Assembly (NCBI GenBank): GCA_005239895.1
Contig: SBBB01000025.1
Coordinates: forward strand, 98,170-162,169
Length of the DNA: 64,000 nt
Reading direction: 5' to 3'
Origin: a bacterium
GTDB lineage: Bacteria > Patescibacteriota > Patescibacteriia > SBBB01
Shown one piece after another: positions 1 through 8,693 of this stretch. Positions within the stretch are counted from its first letter, which is position 1, and every line of letters starts with the position of its first letter. The notes under the pieces are model-generated. The model saw only the letters and a program-made list of their open reading frames with translations. It did no database searches and was not told where the DNA came from. The position numbers and the translations under genes were made by a program.

Positions 1-2204
1 TATTGATAAGGACAAGTTTCAAAACTTTTTAATTGCGTATAGCTAAAATAATTTGGTAAAATTGCGCTGGTTTTTAAATCCGTCTCTGATATTTTAAATT
101 TTATTTTAGGGGTTGAAAAAATATCCGGCAGGTTTAACATTTCTTGCTTCCCTTCTAATCCCAATTCGTACAAAAATATAGACGGCTTTTTAACTCTGGA
201 CCCGCCATAGTTTTTTGCCATTAAAAAAAATACACTTTCTTTGGCGCGCGTAACTGCCACGTACAATAATCGCCGCTCTTCTTCTAAGTGCCAGTTAGCA
301 TTCTCTAAAATTTTTTCGCGAATAAATATATCGAGTATAGGAATAGGATTTTCGCGCTCCATAGATGGAAAACGCCTTTCCACCATATTAACTATAAACA
401 CATGCTTGAATTCTAAACCCTTAGCAGCGTGAATAGTCATAATATTAACCATGTCCGGACCAGATTCAATATCAAAATCTAATGAACCCTCGTCTCCGGA
501 TTCTAATTCTAAATTCATAATATTAATAAAATCCGCTAAACCAAAAGTGTCTGGGCCTAATTCCTCTAAATGTTTAATATGTTTAAAAAATTGATGCAAA
601 TAATTAAATTGTAAATTTTGATCAGCGGCGGGCAAACTACTTAAGTATTTTAAATAACCAGTGTCTTGTAAAATAGTTAAAAATAGTTGGCTTACTTTGG
701 CGTCGCGACTCTGACCAGTATGCTTAATAATATTATCAATAATAGTTAAAAATTTTGTAGCGACACTGGGAATGATTTGCGGAAGCATATAAATTTTCTG
801 GCAAACTTCATATAACGATAAGTTTTTTTTATGAGCATAATGGGAAACATTTATTAAATCTTGATCCGAAATTTCCCATAATTTCCAATTTAAAACCCTC
901 CACATCGCGGTTGACTCGTGATAATTGTCCAGAACTCTCAAATAAGCTAAAATATCTAAAATTAGAGGTTTATTATACAAGCCCTTACACGCTAAAAACC
1001 TATAAGGAATATTAGCGCTATCCAAATGAGGTATAAATTGCTTAGCATAATCATTGGCTCTTATTAAAATCGCAAAATTACTCCAAGTCGTATCAGGCTG
1101 ATTATTTTTTAATTCTACAATTTTTTGGATGACTAAACTGGCTTCGTCTTGGGCTGAATCGCAAACAAAATATTTAATGGTTCCGTCTCCACCACTGTTA
1201 GCTAAAAGTCTTTTATTGTTTTTAGCTGGATTTTGAAATTCGAAACGATTAGGATTATTGTGTTGAATAAAATTATAAGCTAAGTCTAAAATATTTTGTT
1301 TAGAACGATAATTTTGGGTTAAAAATATTTCCTGGCGATTGGGAAAATCTATACTAAATTGTAAAATATTGCTTAACGAAGCTCCTCTAAATTTATAAAT
1401 ACTTTGATCATCATCCCCCACTACAGTAATGTTATTACGCGGTATTGCCAATAATTTTAATAATTCATACTGGCACCAATTAGTGTCTTGAAATTCATCC
1501 ACTAAAATATATTTAAACTGCTGACGATATTTATTTAAAATTATCGGCCGAGTTTTAAAAAGTTTTAAAGTATAAATAATTAAATCCCCAAAATCTAAAA
1601 AATTGTTTTCTAATAATAAATTTTGATAAGTTTCATACGCTTGCGCTATCTCTTGAATACGTAACGATTCCTCATCTAGGTTTAGATCTAAGCCTTGATT
1701 TAATTTATAAGTTTCAGCGTAGCGCAAATAATCTTCCACACTCACGCCTTCATCTTTTATTCTACTAAAATGTTGGATTAAACTATGGATAAATTTAGTT
1801 GGATTACCTAGAGGTTTATAATAATTTAATTTAAACCTGGATAAATTTTGATAAACTATTTGCCAGGTTTGGGTTGTATTTAATACTTTAAAATTATTGG
1901 ATAATCCAATGTCTAGTGCGTGGGTTTGTAAAATTTTTTGACACATCCCATGAAAAGTATTTACCCACAAATCAACATAACCGTAGGGTAATAAAGAATT
2001 TATGCGCTCTTCCATTTCAGTCGTTGCGGCATCCGTAAAGGTAATCGCTAGGATTTCTTCATTTTTAGCTTTGTTGTTAGCAACCAGCCACGCGAAACGA
2101 TTGGCAATAACAGTTGTTTTACCAGTTCCGGCTCCAGCAATGATTAACAAAGGACCATTGTCGTGTTCTATGGCCTGTCGCTGTTCTGGGTTTAAAATAT
2201 TCAT
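1..2204 (-). CDS. uvrD: ATP-dependent DNA helicase UvrD/PcrA (partial; C-terminus lies beyond window start)
   Basis: Reverse-strand translation from about 2204 gives MNILNPEQRQAIEHDNGPLLIIAGAGTGKTTVIANRF...VDEFQDTNWCQYELL...VVGDDDQSIYKFRGAS, i.e. UvrD Walker A and motifs II/III. It is absent from the ORF track because it runs off the window. An alternative start at 2249 would overlap MITE sequence. Confidence 0.85.
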   Translation of the reverse strand, partial: MNILNPEQRQAIEHDNGPLLIIAGAGTGKTTVIANRFAWLVANNKAKNEEILAITFTDAATTEMEERINSLLPYGYVDLWVNTFHGMCQKILQTHALDIGLSNNFKVLNTTQTWQIVYQNLSRFKLNYYKPLGNPTKFIHSLIQHFSRIKDEGVSVEDYLRYAETYKLNQGLDLNLDEESLRIQEIAQAYETYQNLLLENNFLDFGDLIIYTLKLFKTRPIILNKYRQQFKYILVDEFQDTNWCQYELLKLLAIPRNNITVVGDDDQSIYKFRGASLSNILQFSIDFPNRQEIFLTQNYRSKQNILDLAYNFIQHNNPNRFEFQNPAKNNKRLLANSGGDGTIKYFVCDSAQDEASLVIQKIVELKNNQPDTTWSNFAILIRANDYAKQFIPHLDSANIPYRFLACKGLYNKPLILDILAYLRVLDNYHESTAMWRVLNWKLWEISDQDLINVSHYAHKKNLSLYEVCQKIYMLPQIIPSVATKFLTIIDNIIKHTGQSRDAKVSQLFLTILQDTGYLKYLSSLPAADQNLQFNYLHQFFKHIKHLEELGPDTFGLADFINIMNLELESGDEGSLDFDIESGPDMVNIMTIHAAKGLEFKHVFIVNMVERRFPSMERENPIPILDIFIREKILENANWHLEEERRLLYVAVTRAKESVFFLMAKNYGGSRVKKPSIFLYELGLEGKQEMLNLPDIFSTPKIKFKISETDLKTSAILPNYFSYTQLKSFETCPYQ

Positions 2205-2260
2205 ACGAATAAAGTTACCATTAACAAAATTATAACCTATTACTATCATTCCAGCCATTC

Positions 2261-2470
2261 TTGTCATTCCCGCGCTCCACCTGTCATTCCCGCGAAGGCG
2301 GGAATCCAGGAGCGTATACGTTTATAACTATTGTTTCAACTAATGTTAATATTAAACTACAATGTCAATGTTTAGGAGTTCAACTTCTAAACATTGTGTC
2401 ATACAGGTATTCTTTGAATAAACCTGGATTCCAGCCTTCGCGGGAATGACAAAAAGAGAAATAGGAATAA
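2261..2470. mobile_element. MITE-like element copy 1 (TIR CTGTCATTCCCGCGAAGGCGGGAATCCAGG; internal hairpin of the AATGTTTAG type)
   Basis: Left TIR at 2281-2310 and right TIR at 2423-2452 are reverse complements with one mismatch. The internal sequence resembles copies at 28141 and 40101. A partial tandem duplication of TGTCATTCCCGCG sits at 2261-2275. The + ORF 2261..2449 is only a translation of the repeat. Confidence 0.6.
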
Positions 2471-2513
2471 CAAAAAAATAAATTCTAATTTATTCTTAAT
2501 TCTGTTTTACTCT

Positions 2514-3803
2514 TTATAAACCATGCCTAGAAGCGCCACTACCACTTCCTCCGTGCGGAGAATGTTTGGACTGATTAGTTTTATCCGTAGCTAATAAATA
2601 ATCTTCTAGTACGCCCTTGGGATACCAAATACCAGTCCAACGATAAGCTTCACCCATTAACTGTTCATTGCTGTATTTATCTTTATAGTTTGTAAGCATA
2701 TATTTAAAGAATCCTCTCCAAGCTTTGGCATGTTTGCATCCACAATTTACAATAGCAGTTACAGTATTCGGACCACCGCAACAATAATTACACGTAAAGT
2801 TTGAAATTATGTCATCGTAGCGCTGCTGCAAATCACTGGTTAATTGAATTTGATTTTCAAAAACCATCCATTTATTTTGAGCTTCAATGGGATTATTAAA
2901 TGAAATATCATCCGGCGCATAAAACGGCTTTCCAGTTGGAATCATAACAACCCTAGCATCAGCTAGTAAATCTCCGGTATTGGGATTTGCTGGTACTTCA
3001 GTTATGGTGGGCTGAATGGTCAAAGATGTTGTCCTTCCATCTGAATTTAATTTAGGGGCAATAACAGAATAGGTAGCCTTATTAGATATGGAAAACAATC
3101 CTCTAAATTTTTCTTTAAAGCTTGAGTTCTGAAAAATATTATCAAAACCAATATTTATTCCAACCTTATTTGCTACGCGATTGATTAAGAAATAATTTAC
3201 AACAAACAACACGATTAATACGTACACAACTCTATTGTCAACTTTCTTTGCAATTTCCAGGTGTGTTTTCGCGCTGGAATCATAGGTTGTAATTTCACAT
3301 TCTCCGCAAGATTTTAATTGCTCAACTTTGCGACTTGCAAAAAACACCGACACCATAATTAAAACTAAACCAATTACTTGAAACTCTAGTCCTTTTAAGG
3401 GAAACAAAGCCACACCCGTTGTCACACCAAATAAAGATAATAAAAACGCCCCACAAATTGGGCACGCCACACCCAGGGCTGCCACTACAGCTCCTAACCA
3501 AGACGAAGCATCCGTACTAGGGCTAAATTTAGAACGGTTCCATAACCAAGACATCAAACCAATTGAAATTCCAAAAAATATAATCGTCAGGGTTGCGATA
3601 ATTAAATAAGCCACACTATAAGCTACACTATATTGACCAAAGTCTCCACCTTTAGTCATGGCTATAAAATTGGATACACTCGTAACCTGCGTAAATAAAA
3701 AATAGTAAACAACTAATAATATTAATCCGCCTATAATTGAGTTGCGGTAATAACGCTTATTTTCAAATGCTATTTTTAAACCCTGAATAGTTTGATGCAT
3801 CAT
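2514..3803 (-). CDS. Polytopic membrane protein with paired cysteines (CPIC within a TM region, CGEC loop, C-terminal CNYCCGG...CGC); putative thiol-disulfide oxidoreductase partner (DsbB/VKOR-like function inferred only)
   Basis: 429-aa ORF with several predicted hydrophobic helices and Cys pairs. Directly downstream of a multi-thioredoxin-fold protein on the same strand. Confidence 0.45.
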   Translation of the reverse strand: MMHQTIQGLKIAFENKRYYRNSIIGGLILLVVYYFLFTQVTSVSNFIAMTKGGDFGQYSVAYSVAYLIIATLTIIFFGISIGLMSWLWNRSKFSPSTDASSWLGAVVAALGVACPICGAFLLSLFGVTTGVALFPLKGLEFQVIGLVLIMVSVFFASRKVEQLKSCGECEITTYDSSAKTHLEIAKKVDNRVVYVLIVLFVVNYFLINRVANKVGINIGFDNIFQNSSFKEKFRGLFSISNKATYSVIAPKLNSDGRTTSLTIQPTITEVPANPNTGDLLADARVVMIPTGKPFYAPDDISFNNPIEAQNKWMVFENQIQLTSDLQQRYDDIISNFTCNYCCGGPNTVTAIVNCGCKHAKAWRGFFKYMLTNYKDKYSNEQLMGEAYRWTGIWYPKGVLEDYLLATDKTNQSKHSPHGGSGSGASRHGL

Positions 3804-3806
3804 ATA

Positions 3807-4922
3807 TTATTTTAAATCTTTATAAATAAGATCTTTAACATTTTCTTTAAGTTTGGCTATGTCCCTAAATACATACCAGCCATCTTTTTCAGTGGTGCCA
3901 ATACTGGGCCAAGCTTCTTGTAAAGATTTATATTCATTAGCGCTGGGAGATAACAATACCGTTGGAACAGATTTAATTTTATATTTACTAACTAAACTTT
4001 TACCATACTGACTATGAATATCTATGACCTCTTCTTTGGAAAACATTACCCTAAAGGCTGTGGTTAAAGCATTGCCATGAACATTTTTAGGATCGTAACA
4101 ATCTTTACACGCAGAATCTATAAGATATATGGCGTGAACTAACCCAATTAGTTTATTTTTTGCTAAATCCCTCCAAGGAGGATAAAGCTTGCGCGCTACA
4201 TAAGCATCTTCTTTTTCGGGTGTTTTTTCAACTGTCCCCAATTCATATATATGCCAAAATTTTATAAGTTCTTCATAAGCATCCATATCTCCCGTTAAGA
4301 TAAAGGTAGGAATTTTTGTAATTTTATATTGTTTGATCAGAACTTGCCCTTCCCTAGAGTTCCACAATACCCCTTTTTCATCACTTACAACCAAGTTCAT
4401 TTTTTGACGATAAGATCCAATTGTTCTCCGTAAATCTAAACACTGGGTACATTCATCATCATTAATATAAGTTACATTTATACGACCACGATATTTCTGA
4501 GTTTCAAGATCTAAAAAAACAGTACCAACCTTAGTATAAACAAAAGTTTTGTTAACCTTAACACCATTCGCGCTTAACGTATTTGTCAAATTAGAACTAT
4601 TTATGTCGCCTGTCAAAATATAAGTTGGGACCCTTTTAATGTTTAAATCTTGAATTAATTTTTTACCTTCTTCAGAATTATAAGCTACGCTTTGATCTTC
4701 TTTAATCTTAACATTATACTTACTTAGGTCTTCTACGGCGCGGTCTAAACTAAAACAATCCGCGCATTCGGGTATCATTATTCTGGTTACTGAAATTTTA
4801 GCTGGTCGAGTTTTTTTATCTAAATCTAAAATAGATTTACTCACACTCAAAAAACCAAAAATACCAAATATTAAAGCGCTAAAAATTAAAATATAACGCC
4901 CTTGATTACGAAGCCCAAACAT
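3807..4922 (-). CDS. Membrane-anchored protein with three thioredoxin/DsbA-like modules (CADC, CTQC, CKDC CxxC motifs)
   Basis: N-terminal TM helix followed by three repeats, each containing a CxxC motif in a thioredoxin-like context (IPECADCFSL, DDECTQCLDL, DSACKDCYDP). Confidence 0.6.
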   Translation of the reverse strand: MFGLRNQGRYILIFSALIFGIFGFLSVSKSILDLDKKTRPAKISVTRIMIPECADCFSLDRAVEDLSKYNVKIKEDQSVAYNSEEGKKLIQDLNIKRVPTYILTGDINSSNLTNTLSANGVKVNKTFVYTKVGTVFLDLETQKYRGRINVTYINDDECTQCLDLRRTIGSYRQKMNLVVSDEKGVLWNSREGQVLIKQYKITKIPTFILTGDMDAYEELIKFWHIYELGTVEKTPEKEDAYVARKLYPPWRDLAKNKLIGLVHAIYLIDSACKDCYDPKNVHGNALTTAFRVMFSKEEVIDIHSQYGKSLVSKYKIKSVPTVLLSPSANEYKSLQEAWPSIGTTEKDGWYVFRDIAKLKENVKDLIYKDLK

Positions 4923-5080
4923 ATTTAGAAATTTTTGAATTTTAATTATATACTTAAATCTTACTTGTCCTCCACCTTGTCCTCCGTAGCTCTTGCCGTC
5001 GCGTAGCCGCTATGGCGAAGCACGGTTAGCGTAGGAGGAAGCCTTCACTAAGGAGCGAAGGAGGAAGCCTTTAATCTGAT

Positions 5081-5356
5081 CTAACAACCCCCAACCATGC
5101 CCGGAGCTCCGGAATCGTTAGAAGTTGGAGTAGATACACTAGACGAACCATTGGTATTAACTCCACTGGTGCTTATTTTACCAGATAGTCGATATAGTTG
5201 AATGGTTTGAAAAAAAGTTACTAAAACAATTAAACCCAAAACAATGGTTTGGACATTAGGTTTCGCAATACGCAAAGTCATGGTATCATTATTTGAAGAT
5301 TCGGTATCCGTGGTTTCGGTATTTATTTGATCTTCGGATTCAGTATGATGTTTCAT
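5081..5356 (-). CDS. Small membrane protein (acidic N-terminus, one TM helix, Ser/Thr-rich tail)
   Basis: A strong SD (AAAGGAGGTG) lies 6 nt upstream of the ATG on the minus strand, with a TM segment IVLGLIVLVTFF. Confidence 0.5.
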   Translation of the reverse strand: MKHHTESEDQINTETTDTESSNNDTMTLRIAKPNVQTIVLGLIVLVTFFQTIQLYRLSGKISTSGVNTNGSSSVSTPTSNDSGAPGMVGGC

Positions 5357-5432
5357 ATTACACCTCCTTTAAAATATTAATATTTTAATAAAAATTAAAA
5401 CTAATAAATAATTATATTAACACCAGGTATAT

Positions 5433-5927
5433 ATGTCAATAGGAAAAATTTTTACTACCCACAAAAGAATTTACTACGATTATAATATTTTAGAAACTTT
5501 AAACGCCGGGATAGTATTAACAGGCCCGGAAGTTAAATCCGTCAAAAACGGACAGTGTAAACTTGACGGCTCTTATGCTATTTTAAAAATGACAAACTTA
5601 AAAAATAAATATAACACGGAACTTTTTCTTCTCAATGCTTATATTTCTCTTTATAAACCAGCTGGAGAATCAAAAAATTATGACCCCCAAAGAAGCCGCA
5701 AGTTATTATTAAATAAAAAGGAAATTAAAAATTTAAGCAATAAATTAATAAATAAACGCTTGACATTAATACCAATTAAGATGTATAATATGCATAATCG
5801 TGTCAAGGTTGAAATCGCCGTGTGTCAAATGAAAAAAAAGATTGACAAACGGCAATTAATCAAAAAACGAGAAATAAACCGAAAAATTCAAACTAATCTC
5901 CTGCAATCTCACAAGATTCGGGGATGA
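5433..5927 (+). CDS. smpB: SsrA-binding protein SmpB
   Basis: YYDYNILETLNAGIVLTGPEVKSVKNG matches the SmpB consensus, and tmRNA sits immediately downstream. Confidence 0.9.
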   Translation: MSIGKIFTTHKRIYYDYNILETLNAGIVLTGPEVKSVKNGQCKLDGSYAILKMTNLKNKYNTELFLLNAYISLYKPAGESKNYDPQRSRKLLLNKKEIKNLSNKLINKRLTLIPIKMYNMHNRVKVEIAVCQMKKKIDKRQLIKKREINRKIQTNLLQSHKIRG

Positions 5928-6335
5928 TCGGTATTGATAGTAAGTTTAATAGTAAGATTTGCAAGTTATGCTAAGCTCTTTAATGCATATAAAAATTTTA
6001 GGAGCAATCAATAAATGCAAAATCATTTATTAGCAAGGTTAGGTTGGCTTTAGATAACATCTTTAGCTCTCCCAGTTTTGCGCCTGTGGTAGCCTAACAA
6101 GACCACCACCGTCTATCTTTTTTTTCCTAAAAGAAAGAATAGATGTTATATCTTAGGATTATTCTATGATCATTGATTATTAGATCATAAAATAATGTTA
6201 CAATAATCAATAATTCTGGACGTTTCTTGTTCGAGTTCAGAATTTATTAAGGGTTCACCCAAAAAAATAAGATAAACTTGTAGACAGTCTAACTATTACT
6301 TATTAGACGCGGGTTCAATTCCCGCCATCTCCACC
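5920..6335 (+). ncRNA. ssrA: tmRNA (ssrA)
   Basis: The 5' end GGGGATGATCGGTATTGA resembles the tmRNA acceptor/D-like start. The 3' end GACGCGGGTTCAATTCCCGCCATCTCCACC is a tRNA-like T-arm plus acceptor that pairs with the 5' GGGGATG. Adjacent to smpB. A possible tag ORF (gca aaa tca...gta gcc taa) is uncertain. Confidence 0.75.
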
Positions 6336-6365
6336 TAATTAATTTGTTTAAATTTATTAAAATCC

Positions 6366-6908
6366 ATGCGTAAATCATATAAAAGAAAAGTAGTTCAACC
6401 CGTTAAACAAACCTGGATATTAAACAGATTGATTACTGCTCCGGAACTTTTTATTATAGGTGAAGATGGAAAAGGATTAGGCGTAATGAGCACAGCTAAG
6501 GCGCTAGAACTGGCTGATAGTCAGGGCTTAGATGTAGTAATGGTAAATCCAACCAATGTACCTCCGGCGGCTAAAATGGTAAACTTTAAACAGTTTAAAT
6601 ACCAACAAAATAAACTGCTACAAAAACAAAAATCTAAACAAAAAATAATTGACACCAAATGTCTGAGATTGTCCATGCGTATTGGAATTAAAGATTTAGA
6701 GGTTCGCAGCAAACAAGTTGCTAAATTTATAGAAAGCGGACATAAGGTACGGATTGAACTTTTATTAAAGGGTCGAGAGAGACAGCACGCAGATATTGCC
6801 AAAGAAGTAATAAGTAAATTTATAACGGGTATAGAAAATATTGACACGGAGCAGCCTTTAAAGTTAGAATCTAATAAGTTTAGTGTAATTATAAAGAAAA
6901 AAAGTTAA
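6366..6908 (+). CDS. infC: Translation initiation factor IF-3
   Basis: IIGEDGKGLGVMSTAKALELADSQGLDVVMVNP...KFKYQQ...KVRIELLLKGRE match IF3 N- and C-domain motifs. Sits in the conserved infC-rpmI-rplT order. Confidence 0.85.
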   Translation: MRKSYKRKVVQPVKQTWILNRLITAPELFIIGEDGKGLGVMSTAKALELADSQGLDVVMVNPTNVPPAAKMVNFKQFKYQQNKLLQKQKSKQKIIDTKCLRLSMRIGIKDLEVRSKQVAKFIESGHKVRIELLLKGRERQHADIAKEVISKFITGIENIDTEQPLKLESNKFSVIIKKKS

Positions 6909-6918
6909 ATATTCTAAA

Positions 6919-7122
6919 ATGAAAGCTAGAACAAAATTAAAAACTCAAAAAAGCGTTGTAAAACGTTTTAAAATTACAAAATCTAGTCATAAAATTTTAA
7001 ATAAAAAATCCGGACAAGATCATTTTAACGCTCGCGAATCTGGAAAAACAACGCGTAACAAAAGAAGATTGGTTGATACGAATAAAGCTTATAAAATAGT
7101 TATAAAAAGATACATGCAATAA
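6919..7122 (+). CDS. rpmI: 50S ribosomal protein L35
   Basis: 67-aa basic protein, MKARTKLKTQKSVVKRFKITKSSHKILNKKSG. Confidence 0.85.
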   Translation: MKARTKLKTQKSVVKRFKITKSSHKILNKKSGQDHFNARESGKTTRNKRRLVDTNKAYKIVIKRYMQ

Positions 7123-7134
7123 TAATTTTTTAAT

Positions 7135-7518
7135 ATGCCTAGAGTTAAACGTGGACAAATTCACATTAAAAAAAGAGAGAAATTATTAAAAAGCGTAAAA
7201 GGCTTCAAGTGGGGACGCAAATCCAAAATTAAATTAGCCAAAGTTGCCGCTCTTAAAGCGGGTGTGTACGCTTACCGAGATCGTAGACGCAAAAAACGAG
7301 ATATGCGCAGTCAGTGGCAAGTTGTAATTAACGCCGCCATAAGAGAGCACGGAATTAATTATTCTAAATTTATAGCTGGGTTAAAAAGCAAACAAATTGA
7401 AATTGATCGTAAAATATTAAGTGAATTAGCTAAAAAATATCCAGCAATTTTTAACAAAATTGCCGAAGATGTTGTTACTACTATAAAAGCAACAGTAAAA
7501 GCAACTGCTAAGGCCTAG
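7135..7518 (+). CDS. rplT: 50S ribosomal protein L20
   Basis: MPRVKRGQIHIKKREKLLKSVKGFKWGRKS...AYRDRRRKKRDMRSQWQVVINAA is the classic L20 sequence. Confidence 0.9.
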   Translation: MPRVKRGQIHIKKREKLLKSVKGFKWGRKSKIKLAKVAALKAGVYAYRDRRRKKRDMRSQWQVVINAAIREHGINYSKFIAGLKSKQIEIDRKILSELAKKYPAIFNKIAEDVVTTIKATVKATAKA

Positions 7519-7552
7519 GCTTTCTTCAAATACTAGATTTTCTAGATATTAA

Positions 7553-7594
7553 AATAACCGGACACTCGCTCAAGGCGTAGTCCGGTTATTTTTT
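7553..7594 (+). terminator. Rho-independent terminator after rplT
   Basis: Hairpin AACCGGAC...GTCCGGTT followed by ATTTTTT. Confidence 0.6.
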
Positions 7595-7666
7595 ACTCAA
7601 CAGATATTCTAAAATAGAATTTTTAAACCATCTTTTAAATATTTTTAAAACCGCTCCTGTCATTCC

Positions 7667-7717
7667 AGCGACTTAACCAATGTTTGGTGGTTCGACCGCC
7701 AAACATTAATTCTATAA
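7667..7717. repeat. Half MITE-TIR (CTGTCATTCCAGCGA) fused to hairpin-B copy AATGTTTGGTGGTTCGACCGCCAAACATT
   Basis: Direct sequence match to the TIR family and to the palindromes at 8641 and 21769. Confidence 0.5.
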
Positions 7718-7771
7718 AAAATACAGGAAAATACTGCTTAAATTTAAACTAACAAGTTTTTAAATATGAAT

Positions 7772-7809
7772 GGGGTAGTGTTTGTGAAGATTAATATTAA
7801 ACACTACCC
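7772..7809 (-). terminator. Hairpin GGGTAGTGTTT...AAACACTACCC downstream of tmk (candidate terminator)
   Basis: 11-bp perfect stem immediately 3' of the tmk stop on the minus strand, followed by an A/T-rich tract. Confidence 0.4.
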
Positions 7810-7840
7810 ATAATTATCTACACTCTTTTAAAAAATCGCA

Positions 7841-8509
7841 CTACTTGAGTCCTACACTAGGAATAATAATATCAAGAATAGTGCTTACAATTTGGCCTGT
7901 TATTTGCTCTTTTGGGAGCATTCCATCAATTTTTCCAACATGCAACGGATCTTTTTCCCATTGAGCAGTATAACCGCTTCGTATTCTTTCATGAAACGAC
8001 GAGGGTTTTTTATCATAACCATCAAGCTCCGTTCTGCCAGACTGTACTTTGCGCTTTTCAATTTCCGACACAGGAATATCAAACACAAAATAATAATCAA
8101 CCATTGAGGAACCTTCAATCATATTATTTATAATGCTTATGTGTTTCATATCAAGCCCCTCAGCATAACCCTGATATACAATAGTGCTCATGGTAAATCT
8201 ATCACACAACACAATATGTTTTTTATCCATGGCTGGATATATAACATCGCATATCACATTGCGTCTACCAGCAGAGAACAGGAGCAATTTAGTCAAATCA
8301 TCCATACTGTCTTGATACTCAGGATGTTTAACTATTTTCCTTATTGCCATTCCCAGGGAAGTTCCTCCGGGTGTAAATGTTCTAGTAACTAAATACCCAA
8401 GATTTACCAAGGCATCTTCTACTAACTTGAGCTGAGTGCTTTTACCAGAAAACTCTGGCCCTTCAAAAACAAACAAAAACCCCTTATCGACCTGAGTACT
8501 CATTAACAC
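7841..8509 (-). CDS. tmk: Thymidylate kinase
   Basis: FLFVFEGPEFSGKSTQ P-loop and the overall dTMP kinase pattern. Confidence 0.85.
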   Translation of the reverse strand: MLMSTQVDKGFLFVFEGPEFSGKSTQLKLVEDALVNLGYLVTRTFTPGGTSLGMAIRKIVKHPEYQDSMDDLTKLLLFSAGRRNVICDVIYPAMDKKHIVLCDRFTMSTIVYQGYAEGLDMKHISIINNMIEGSSMVDYYFVFDIPVSEIEKRKVQSGRTELDGYDKKPSSFHERIRSGYTAQWEKDPLHVGKIDGMLPKEQITGQIVSTILDIIIPSVGLK

Positions 8510-8640
8510 CTCCTTATTGACTGGTTTTTATACCAGTGGTTGACTAAACGCTTCTTACAAACTAAGCACTTTTAAGTATAAGCCTATTTACATCTTATTG
8601 TCAATATGTGTTTTTCATTAGAAAATATAACACCGTTAAT

Positions 8641-8669
8641 AATGTTTGGTGGTTCGACCGCCAAACATT
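8641..8669. repeat. Hairpin-B palindrome AATGTTTGGTGGTTCGACCGCCAAACATT
   Basis: Identical to the copies at 7689 and 21769. Confidence 0.5.
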
Positions 8670-8693
8670 GGTTTTATAGTAAACTATAAAAAC

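Noticed and set aside
241-432. + strand ORF (63 aa)
   Set aside because: It lies antisense within the clearly identifiable uvrD/pcrA coding region on the minus strand. No RBS, and low-complexity composition.
2002-2235. + strand ORF (77 aa)
   Set aside because: Antisense to the UvrD Walker-A region: AGAGTGKT is encoded on the minus strand at 2101-2160.
2261-2449. + strand ORF MSFPRSTCHSREGGNPG...
   Set aside because: It is a direct translation of the MITE terminal inverted repeats. The same peptide fragment (SRLRGNDRE) appears as the false N-terminus of the xth ORF.
6521-6847. - strand ORF (108 aa)
   Set aside because: Antisense to infC; hydrophobic low-complexity sequence typical of an AT-rich antisense frame.
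7892-8392. Several overlapping + and - ORFs (7892..8107, 7900..8118, 7912..8133, 8141..8392)
   Set aside because: All overlap the tmk coding region, which has clear P-loop and kinase motifs on the minus strand.
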